A DNA stretch of 32,000 nucleotides from Planctomycetales bacterium (GCA_022646745.1 CP060262.1:1110001-1142000), one strand, 5' to 3'; counted from the first letter of the stretch, positions 7,993 to 15,009 are shown. The notes: a model not told the origin generated them from the sequence alone. Numbers and translations are program-made.

Positions 7993-8426
7993 GAGCAATG
8001 AAGAGTGAGCAATGAGAAGAAGTGGGATGAGGGATGGGGGATGAGGGATGAGCAGAAGCAGAATGAGAAGCAGTTAAGCAATGAGCAATGAAGAGTGAGC
8101 AATGAGCCCATGAGGCAGTTTGCCTGCTTCGTTGCATGGAATTATTTCTGACAACGGGTACTGAATTCGGGTTGTTGAACTCTGACAGTTCTGCATGGCG
8201 AGACAGAGATTGCAGCATTGGCTCATTGCTCACTCTTCATTGCTCATTGCTAACAAGGCGACTGGCAGTCGCCGCTCCAGCGAGCTGAATGCTCGCGCTC
8301 CATCCCCCGTCCCATTGTGCGCAAGCAAGTTGCGCACCTCCGCATCCCACATCCCACATCCCCCATCCCTCATCCCCCATCCCCCATCCCTCATCCCTCA
8401 TCCCTCATCCCTCATCCCCCATCCCG
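7993..8426. repeat. Composite nested palindromic element. GAGCAATGAAGAGTGAGCAATGAG occurs at 7993-8016 and 8084-8107, and its complement at 8221-8244. (GGGATGN)x4 at 8024-8052 faces (CATCCCN)x~12 at 8343-8425. A CAGAAG-type hexamer run lies at 8053-8073
   Basis: Direct reading of both strands. The inner pair encloses a loop of about 110 nt and the outer heptamer arrays are complementary. Confidence 0.8.
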
Positions 8427-8506
8427 CTTTTAGCACCTTGAGTCGGTAAACCCCGGCTTAATTTGCGTAAAGCGGGCAGTTTTTATATCGACCCCACTTT
8501 CAAAAA

Positions 8507-8526
8507 CTTTAGGCCGCGGGTAGATT
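8507..8526 (+). promoter_or_regulatory. Candidate promoter element CTTTAG-N6-GGTAGATT (possible -10 TAGATT) about 96 nt upstream of flagellin 1
   Basis: The same motif with the same spacing occurs upstream of flagellin 3 (14990-15009), and a related TCAAGTT-N6-GAATAGATT occurs upstream of flagellin 2. There is no conserved -35, so the sigma factor is unknown. Confidence 0.3.
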
Positions 8527-8600
8527 CTCCCTGCGGGCAGATTCCCCTGGTTGCCTGGCAACGATGAAGTTGCCAGTGGGGAGCCCGCCAACCCTTTCGC

Positions 8601-8619
8601 ACGTTCAAGGAGGAATGTG
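8601..8619 (+). promoter_or_regulatory. Conserved 19-nt leader ACGTTCAAGGAGGAATGTG containing the Shine-Dalgarno sequence of flagellin 1
   Basis: Identical 19-mer at 11795-11813 and 15076-15094. AAGGAGG lies 8 nt before the ATG. Confidence 0.8.
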
Positions 8620-8621
8620 TA

Positions 8622-11336
8622 ATGAGTGTCACACGTATCTACCAGAACCCGTTGGCTATCAATGCGAACCGGAATCTGAAGATCACCGGAATGAACATCT
8701 CCAAGTCCCTGGAGCGCCTGTCATCCGGTTTGCGTATCAACCGTGCCGCTGACGACGCCGCCGGCCTCTCCATCAGTGAGAAGTTGCGCAGCCAGATCCG
8801 CGGCCTCAACCGCGCCAGCACCAACGCCCTGGACGGCATTTCGCTAATCCAGACCGCGGAAGGTGCACTCAACGAGACGCACTCGATCCTGCAGCGCATG
8901 CGCGAGCTGAGTGTCCAGGCTGCCAACGGCATCTACACCGCCGGTGACCGCCAGGCCATCCAGCAGGAGGTCGGGCAGCTGATCGATGAGATCAACCGCA
9001 TCTCGGACACCACCGAGTTCAACACCAAGACCCTGCTTGACGGAACGCTGGGCGCCCTGATCTCCACCGACGACTTCACCAAGGTCCGTGCGGCCGTGGT
9101 CGGCAACGTCGGCAACGGCGGAAACTTCGTGCTGCGTGCCGCGGCACTCAACACCGGCCAGCTGCAGGTGCAGAAGACCGACGTGTTCTCCACCGTCCAG
9201 CAGGCTGACGCCGTCGGCAAGATCAACTACGCCAAGACCTACCGGGCTGACGTTGACATCGCCACCTCCAGCGTGAGCGGCGTCGGCAAGACCGGCATCT
9301 ACCAGGTCGAGGTGATCAACGATGCCAACGGCTCGACCGCCGTGCAGAGCACCGTGGACGCAACCTTCCGCATCAGCGGCGCCTCCTTCGCGGGTGGCGG
9401 CCTGAGCGTCGGCCGTTCCCTGCAGGCCGAGGAGCTGACCGTCGGCGACAAGATCCTGCTGACCGTCAACACCCAGAGCGGCGTGCAGACCGTGAGCGTC
9501 GTGCTCGGCAGCCTCGGCACCGACATGACCAGCATGGCGGCCCTGATGAGCACCGCGCTCAACAACGGCATTGCCAACGTCTCCAACGTGACATTCAACG
9601 CGAGCGGCCAGTTCAGCATCAACGTCTCGAACGGCGGTTCCTCACTCTCGATCATCAGCACGCAGTTCGTTGACACCGACGGCAGCGGTTCCGACTTCTA
9701 CATCAGTTTCGGTGCCTCCGGCCAGTCCAACAACTTCTACAGTGCGGTGCAGTACAGCTTCTTCAACAACGGCAGCGCCACCTCCGGCAGCCTGACCCGC
9801 ACAGGCGCGAGCGGCGAGTACTTCTCGATCGGCGATGCCAACACCGGTACCGTCGGAATCCGCTTCGACGTGCGCCATGACTTCAGCCAGGTCAGCCTGG
9901 CCGGCGCGACCCAGACCGACACCCTGACCTGGAGCCGCTACGGTGGTGGCAACAGCATCCAGGAGTACGGCGAGGTCTGGCAGAGCGGCCCGGCCGTGAC
10001 GAACGGCACCTTCATGGTCAGCGCGATCTCCGAGCGCACCTATGCGATCTTCGAGTTTGACAACGAGTCATACACCAGCCTGGTGGCAGCCGGAACCGAC
10101 CAGGATGTCGCCCTGCTGACGGCGCGCGGCGCCCGCATGAGCAACCTCAACGGTGACCAGACCTTCTCGATCGCGATGGCCTTCGAGGGCGCGGTCGGCA
10201 CCAACCTGGAGAACATCCACTTCGCGGTGGATGGCATCATGCAAAGCGGCGAGACCGCTACCTTCAACATCAGCACCAACAACGTGCTGACGGCGGACCA
10301 GCTCAACACGCTGGCCAGCCTCAACCGCTTCCAGGAGTTCGGCGTGTTCAACGGCCGCGACAGCGTGGAACTGACCCTCTACCTGCGCGGATCCAGCAAC
10401 ACCACCACAGTCAACCTGACCAAGAACGACACCTTCGAGGACATGGCGGGCAAGATCAGCCTGGCGATGTACAACCCGGACGGATCCGGCATCATCACCA
10501 GCGGCATCATCAACCCACAGCAGATCCCCGACCTGGTGCATGTCAACACGGTCGGCATGGCGAAGGGCACGATGTCCATCACCACCGCGGTGCCGGGAGC
10601 TGAGATCGTGTTCGCCGGTGACGAGAGCATCCTGAAGGCCCTGTCCCTGATCGAGGTGCAGGCCGGCGAGGCTCCGGTGTACAGCATCAACGCCTTCAAC
10701 ATCGAGAAGAACCAGCAGGTCGGCAGCGTGATCGTCAACTCCAACGAGATCAACGGCCTGCTGCCCGGCGTGAAGGTCTTCTTCGACAACACGCTCGGCC
10801 TCAAGCTGGATCCCCAGCCCCCGGTCACGGCCCAGGGCGGCGGTACCAACAACCTGACGAGCTTCGGCTACCAGCAGCCGACCGAGCGCCCGAGCATCTC
10901 ACTGTCCGGCAGCGTGGAGAGCTTCTTCATCCACGTCGCCCCGCGTGACTTCACCCTGCAGATCGGTGCCAACCAGGGCCAGACGATCAACACCTTCCTG
11001 TCCGACATGAGTGCCGAGGCACTCGGCGTGGAGGGCCTGGTGGTCGTCACCAGCGACCTGGCACAGGAGAGCATCAGCATCGTCGACCACGCGATCAGCA
11101 AGGTCAGCTCTGAGCGTTCCCGTCTCGGTGCAATCCAGAACCGCCTGGAAAGCACGATCCGCAACTTGGACGTCAGCGCCGAGAACCTGACCTCCTCCGA
11201 GAGCCGCATCCGCGACGTGGACGTGGCGCTCGAGACGATTGCCAGCACCCGCAACCAGATCCTGCTGCAGGCTGGCGTAGCTGCGATGGCCCAGGCCAAC
11301 CAGCTGCCCAACCAGATGCTGCAGCTGCTGCGCTAG
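8622..11336 (+). CDS. fliC: Giant flagellin paralog 1 (904 aa)
   Basis: N-terminus has LERLSSGLRINRAADDAAGLSISEKLRSQIRGLNRASTNALDGISLIQTAEGAL. C-terminus has SSERSRLGAIQNRLESTIRNLDVSAENLTSSESRIRDVDVALETIASTRNQILLQAGVAAMAQANQLPNQMLQLLR. These are the canonical flagellin D0/D1 signatures. Confidence 0.95.
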   Translation: MSVTRIYQNPLAINANRNLKITGMNISKSLERLSSGLRINRAADDAAGLSISEKLRSQIRGLNRASTNALDGISLIQTAEGALNETHSILQRMRELSVQAANGIYTAGDRQAIQQEVGQLIDEINRISDTTEFNTKTLLDGTLGALISTDDFTKVRAAVVGNVGNGGNFVLRAAALNTGQLQVQKTDVFSTVQQADAVGKINYAKTYRADVDIATSSVSGVGKTGIYQVEVINDANGSTAVQSTVDATFRISGASFAGGGLSVGRSLQAEELTVGDKILLTVNTQSGVQTVSVVLGSLGTDMTSMAALMSTALNNGIANVSNVTFNASGQFSINVSNGGSSLSIISTQFVDTDGSGSDFYISFGASGQSNNFYSAVQYSFFNNGSATSGSLTRTGASGEYFSIGDANTGTVGIRFDVRHDFSQVSLAGATQTDTLTWSRYGGGNSIQEYGEVWQSGPAVTNGTFMVSAISERTYAIFEFDNESYTSLVAAGTDQDVALLTARGARMSNLNGDQTFSIAMAFEGAVGTNLENIHFAVDGIMQSGETATFNISTNNVLTADQLNTLASLNRFQEFGVFNGRDSVELTLYLRGSSNTTTVNLTKNDTFEDMAGKISLAMYNPDGSGIITSGIINPQQIPDLVHVNTVGMAKGTMSITTAVPGAEIVFAGDESILKALSLIEVQAGEAPVYSINAFNIEKNQQVGSVIVNSNEINGLLPGVKVFFDNTLGLKLDPQPPVTAQGGGTNNLTSFGYQQPTERPSISLSGSVESFFIHVAPRDFTLQIGANQGQTINTFLSDMSAEALGVEGLVVVTSDLAQESISIVDHAISKVSSERSRLGAIQNRLESTIRNLDVSAENLTSSESRIRDVDVALETIASTRNQILLQAGVAAMAQANQLPNQMLQLLR

Positions 11337-11423
11337 GCATAAGGCAACCAGCCCAGCCGTACCGGGTCCATCAAGCGGGCCGGGCGGCGGGGATGAGCAT
11401 CGCCGGATTAGGCAAGGGATGGA

Positions 11424-11463
11424 GCCCCCCGGGTGGAAACGCCCGGGGGGCCTTTCAGTTTTC
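11424..11463 (+). terminator. Rho-independent terminator of flagellin 1
   Basis: GCCCCCCGGG(TGGAAACG)CCCGGGGGGC followed by CTTTCAGTTTT. Confidence 0.8.
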
Positions 11464-11661
11464 AGGGACGAGGGACCGGGGATCGGCAGTTGGCAGAATC
11501 AGAATGAGAAGCAGCAGAATGCAATCGTCAGTGAGCTGATTCCTTTACCTGCTTCTGCATCTGCATCTGCTTCTCATCCTGCATCTGATTCTGATTCTAC
11601 TTCTGTTTCTGCTTCTGTTTCTTAATTTTTACCTGACAACTGACCACTGCCAACAGACCAC
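11464..11661. repeat. Post-terminator palindromic element. The purine-rich arm (GGGACC, CAGTTGGCAG, GAATCA/GAAGCA units) spans 11464-11522. The pyrimidine-rich arm has 12 CTGNTT hexamers (11549-11622) and then CTGACAACTGACCACTGCCAAC
   Basis: Direct reading. The arms are imperfect reverse complements in the same unit order. Confidence 0.75.
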
Positions 11662-11703
11662 TTTTCAATGGCTAAATTACCCTGAATATTATTAGTCTCC
11701 TTA

Positions 11704-11723
11704 TCAAGTTCCGGGAATAGATT
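11704..11723 (+). promoter_or_regulatory. Candidate promoter element TCAAGTT-N6-GAATAGATT about 93 nt upstream of flagellin 2
   Basis: Position and the TAGATT core are shared with the elements upstream of flagellins 1 and 3. Confidence 0.25.
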
Positions 11724-11794
11724 ACTGATACTCGTTAGGCTTTGTCAGAGCACCACGGCCTTTAGCAAGCTGTGGCCGGCCATAGCAACCGAGC

Positions 11795-11813
11795 ACGTTC
11801 AAGGAGGAATGTG
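11795..11813 (+). promoter_or_regulatory. Conserved 19-nt SD leader of flagellin 2
   Basis: ACGTTCAAGGAGGAATGTG, identical to 8601-8619. Confidence 0.8.
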
Positions 11814-11815
11814 TA

Positions 11816-14527
11816 ATGAGTGTCACACGTATCTACCAGAACCCGCTGGCAATCAATGCCAACCGGAACCTGAAGATCACCGGAATGAACATCTCCAAGT
11901 CATTGGAGCGCCTGTCTTCCGGATTGCGCATCAACCGTGCCGCTGACGACGCAGCGGGACTGACCATCAGTGAGAAGCTGCGCAGCCAGATCCGCGGCCT
12001 CAACCGCGCCAGCACCAACGCGCTGGACGGCATCTCCCTGATCCAGACGGCGGAGGGCGCCCTCAACGAGACGCACTCGATCCTGCAGCGCATGCGTGAG
12101 CTGAGCGTGCAGGCCGCCAACGGCATCTACACCGCCAACGACCGCCAGGCGATCCAGTCCGAGGTCGGGCAGCTGATCGACGAGATCAACCGCATCTCCG
12201 ACACCACCGAGTTCAACACCAAGACCCTGCTTGACGGTACGCTCGGTGCCCTGATCTCCACCGACGACTTCACCAAGGTCCGCGCGGCGGTGGTCGGCAA
12301 TGTCGGCAACGGCGGCAACTTCGTGCTGCGCGCCGCGGCACTGGACACCGGCCAGCTGCAGGTGCAGAAGACCGACGTGTTCTCCACGGTGCAGACCGGC
12401 GACGCGGTCGGCTCGATCAACTTCCAGAAGACCTACCGCGCCGACGTTGACATTGCCACCGCCGGCGTGAGCGGTGTGGGCCAGACCGGCCTGTACCAGG
12501 TCGAGGTGATCCGCGATGCCAACGGCTCCACCGCCGTGCAGAGCACCGTGGACGCCACCTTCCGCATCAGCGGCGCGTCCTATGCGGGCGGCGGCCTGAG
12601 CCTCGGCCGCTCCCTGCAGGCCGAGGAGCTGACCGTCGGCGACAAGATCCTGCTCACGGTGAACACCCAGAGCGGCGTCGAGACCGTCAGCATCGTGATC
12701 GGCAGCCTCGGCACCGACATGACGAGCCTCGCCGGCCTGATGAGCACCGCTCTCAACAACGGCCTGGCAAACGTCTCGAGCGTGGGCTTCAACGCCGCCG
12801 GCCAGTTCAGCATCGGGGTCTCCAACGGTGGCTCCAGCCTGAGCATCATCAGCACGCAGTTCGTTGACACCGACGGCAGCGGCTCGGACTTCTACATCAG
12901 CTTCGGCTCCAGCGGGCAGTCCAACAGCTTCTACAGCGCGGTGCAGTACAGCTTCTTCAACAACGGCAGTGCGACTTCCGGCAGCCTGGCACGCGCCGGT
13001 GGTGCCAGCATCAGCGGCCAGTACTTCTCGATCGGCGATGCCAACACCGGTACCGTCGGCATCCGGCTCGACGTGCGCTTCGACTTCAGCACGGTCAGCC
13101 TGGCCGGCTCCAACGCGAGCGACACCCTGAAGTGGGAGCGCTTCACCGGCGGCAACAGCCTGCAGGAGTACGGTTCCGTCTGGCAGGAGGGCAGCGCCGT
13201 CACCAACGGCACCTTCCTCGTCAGTGCGATCTCGGAGCGCACATATGCGATCTTCGAGTTCGACAACCAGGCCTACACCAGCCTGACGAGCGGCGGCACC
13301 GACCAGGAGGTCGCACTGCTGACCGCCCGCGGCGCGCGGATGAGCAATGTCAACGGCGACCAGACCTTCTCGATCGCCGTGGCCTTCGAGGGCGCGGTCG
13401 GCACCAACCTGGAGAACATCCACTTCGCGGTGGACGGCATCCTGCAGAGCGGAGAGACGGCGACCTTCAACATCAGCACCAACAACGTGCTGACGGCGGA
13501 CCAGCTCAATACCCTGGCAAGCCTCAACCGCTTCCAGGAGTTCGGCGTGTTCAACGGCCGCGACAGTGTGGAGCTGACCCTCTACCTGCGCGGTTCCTCG
13601 CAGACCACCACCGTCAACCTGACCAAGAACGACACATTCGAGGACATGGCGGGCAAGATCTCGCTGGCGATGTACAACCCGGATGGGACGGGCATCATCA
13701 CGAGCGGCATCATCAACCCGCAGCAGATCCCGGATCTGGTGCACGTGAACACGGTCGGCATGGCGAAGGGCACGATGTCCATCACCACCGCCGTGCCCGG
13801 CGCCGAGGTCGTGTTCGCCGGTGACGAAAGCCTGCTGAAGGCCCTGTCACTGGTGGAGATCCAGGAGGGCGAGGCCCCGGTGTACAGCATCAACGCCTTC
13901 AACATCGAGAAGAACCAGACGGTCGGCTCCACGATCGTGCGGTCCAACGAGATCAACGGCCTGCTGCCCGGTGTGAAGCTGTTCTTCGACAACACGCTCG
14001 GCCTCAAGCTGGATCCCCAGCCCCCGGTCAACACCACCAACAACCTCACGAGCTTCGCGTACCAGCAGCCCAACGAGCGTCCTGACATCTCCCTGTCCGG
14101 CAGCATCGAGAGCTTCTTCGTACACGTCGCCCCGCGTGCCTTCAACCTGCAGATCGGCGCAAACCAGGGCCAGACGATCGACACCTACCTGTCCGACATG
14201 AGTGCGGAAGCACTCGGTGTGGAGGGACTCGTCGTCGTCACCAGTGACCTGGCGCAGGAGAGCATCAGCATCGTCGACCACGCGATCAGCAAGGTCAGCT
14301 CTGAGCGTTCCCGCCTGGGAGCGATCCAGAACCGTCTCGAGAGCACGATCCGCAACCTGGACGTGAGCGCCGAGAACCTGACCTCTTCAGAGAGCCGCAT
14401 CCGTGACGTGGACGTGGCACTGGAGACCATCGCCAGCACGAGGAACCAGATCCTGCTGCAGGCTGGTGTGGCTGCGATGGCCCAGGCCAACCAGCTCCCT
14501 CAGAACATGCTGCAGCTGCTGAGGTAG
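11816..14527 (+). CDS. fliC: Giant flagellin paralog 2 (903 aa)
   Basis: Collinear with paralog 1 over its whole length, with the same D0/D1 termini. Confidence 0.95.
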   Translation: MSVTRIYQNPLAINANRNLKITGMNISKSLERLSSGLRINRAADDAAGLTISEKLRSQIRGLNRASTNALDGISLIQTAEGALNETHSILQRMRELSVQAANGIYTANDRQAIQSEVGQLIDEINRISDTTEFNTKTLLDGTLGALISTDDFTKVRAAVVGNVGNGGNFVLRAAALDTGQLQVQKTDVFSTVQTGDAVGSINFQKTYRADVDIATAGVSGVGQTGLYQVEVIRDANGSTAVQSTVDATFRISGASYAGGGLSLGRSLQAEELTVGDKILLTVNTQSGVETVSIVIGSLGTDMTSLAGLMSTALNNGLANVSSVGFNAAGQFSIGVSNGGSSLSIISTQFVDTDGSGSDFYISFGSSGQSNSFYSAVQYSFFNNGSATSGSLARAGGASISGQYFSIGDANTGTVGIRLDVRFDFSTVSLAGSNASDTLKWERFTGGNSLQEYGSVWQEGSAVTNGTFLVSAISERTYAIFEFDNQAYTSLTSGGTDQEVALLTARGARMSNVNGDQTFSIAVAFEGAVGTNLENIHFAVDGILQSGETATFNISTNNVLTADQLNTLASLNRFQEFGVFNGRDSVELTLYLRGSSQTTTVNLTKNDTFEDMAGKISLAMYNPDGTGIITSGIINPQQIPDLVHVNTVGMAKGTMSITTAVPGAEVVFAGDESLLKALSLVEIQEGEAPVYSINAFNIEKNQTVGSTIVRSNEINGLLPGVKLFFDNTLGLKLDPQPPVNTTNNLTSFAYQQPNERPDISLSGSIESFFVHVAPRAFNLQIGANQGQTIDTYLSDMSAEALGVEGLVVVTSDLAQESISIVDHAISKVSSERSRLGAIQNRLESTIRNLDVSAENLTSSESRIRDVDVALETIASTRNQILLQAGVAAMAQANQLPQNMLQLLR

Positions 14528-14573
14528 TGAAGCCTCTGACGCTTCGCAGCATCTCACTTGATCAGTGAGCAGC

Positions 14574-14603
14574 GCCCCCGGGCCAGTGGCCCGGGGGCTT
14601 TTT
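14574..14603 (+). terminator. Rho-independent terminator of flagellin 2
   Basis: GCCCCCGGGCC(AGT)GGCCCGGGGGC followed by TTTTT. Confidence 0.85.
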
Positions 14604-14609
14604 AATAAT

Positions 14610-14757
14610 CAGTTGGCAGTGGGCAGTGGGGAGTATCAGAATGAGAATGAGAAACAGAAGCAGCAGAAGAGGGTAAACAGTTGTAAGTTTCCTGACCTGC
14701 TTCTCATTCTGATTCTGATTCTGAGCCTGACCACTGATTTCTGACAACTGGCCACTG
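14610..14757. repeat. Post-terminator palindromic element. The left arm CAGTTGGCAGTGGGCAGTGGGGAGTATCAGAATGAGAATGAGAAACAGAAGCAGCAGAAG spans 14610-14669. The right arm CTGCTTCTCATTCTGATTCTGATTCTGAGCCTGACCACTGATTTCTGACAACTGGCCACTG spans 14697-14757
   Basis: The reverse complement of the left arm aligns by eye with the right arm in the same unit order. The loop is about 27 nt. Confidence 0.8.
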
Positions 14758-14989
14758 TTTTTCTGACTTTGCGGCTGAAATCGAAAATAAATCCGGTCCA
14801 TTTTCCAGCGACCCTGACCAATGGTCTATTCTCCGCCCCCATTTTCTTAACCGCGGCTGAAGCGACGCCGATATTGGTTGCCAATCTCCCCGTTTGATTC
14901 CTTCATTCCAGGCCGCTCCTGTCCCGGCATTCGCCCTCTCCTCCCCGCGCTACACCCCGCAGGCAGTTTATCGGCCACAATTGCAGCAG

Positions 14990-15009
14990 CTTTAGTTTTC
15001 CGGTAGATT
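14990..15009 (+). promoter_or_regulatory. Candidate promoter element CTTTAG-N6-GGTAGATT about 88 nt upstream of flagellin 3
   Basis: Identical motif and spacing to 8507-8526. TTGCAG lies 17 nt upstream of TAGATT. Confidence 0.3.

Noticed and set aside
7993-8426. Possibility that the short-unit arrays are CRISPR arrays
   Set aside because: The units are 6-7 nt, contiguous and degenerate. There are no 25-40 nt repeats alternating with unique spacers, and no cas genes.
7104-8449. Minus-strand ORFs 7104-8111 and 7553-8233 and plus-strand ORF 8195-8449
   Set aside because: They overlap the well-supported plus-strand gene 7143-7853 in antisense, or run through heptamer repeats and give periodic low-complexity peptides such as PHPPSLIPHP.
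8440-8621. Canonical sigma28 (TAAA-N15-GCCGATAA) or sigma54 (GG-N10-GC) promoter upstream of the flagellins
   Set aside because: Upstream of paralog 1, TAAA-N17-CGA at 8468-8490 matches only the CGA core, and nothing equivalent exists upstream of paralogs 2 and 3. The TGGCAA...TTGC candidate at about 8558-8575 has 13-nt rather than 10-nt GG-GC spacing.
9048-10931. Flagellinolysin-type enzymatic flagellin (metallopeptidase insert)
   Set aside because: I found no HExxH or other catalytic motif in any of the three inserts.
11419-11625. 68-aa ORF between flagellins 1 and 2
   Set aside because: It spans the intrinsic terminator hairpin and the CTGNTT hexamer array, and its ASASAS/DSDS tail is just the repeat translated.
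11900-13744. Long antisense ORFs inside the flagellin genes (614 aa here, 793 aa at 15037-17418, and many shorter ones)
   Set aside because: These are artefacts of high GC3 on the sense strand. Their translations are low-complexity and rich in Arg, Asp, Ala, Gly and His, and the sense frames encode canonical flagellin termini.
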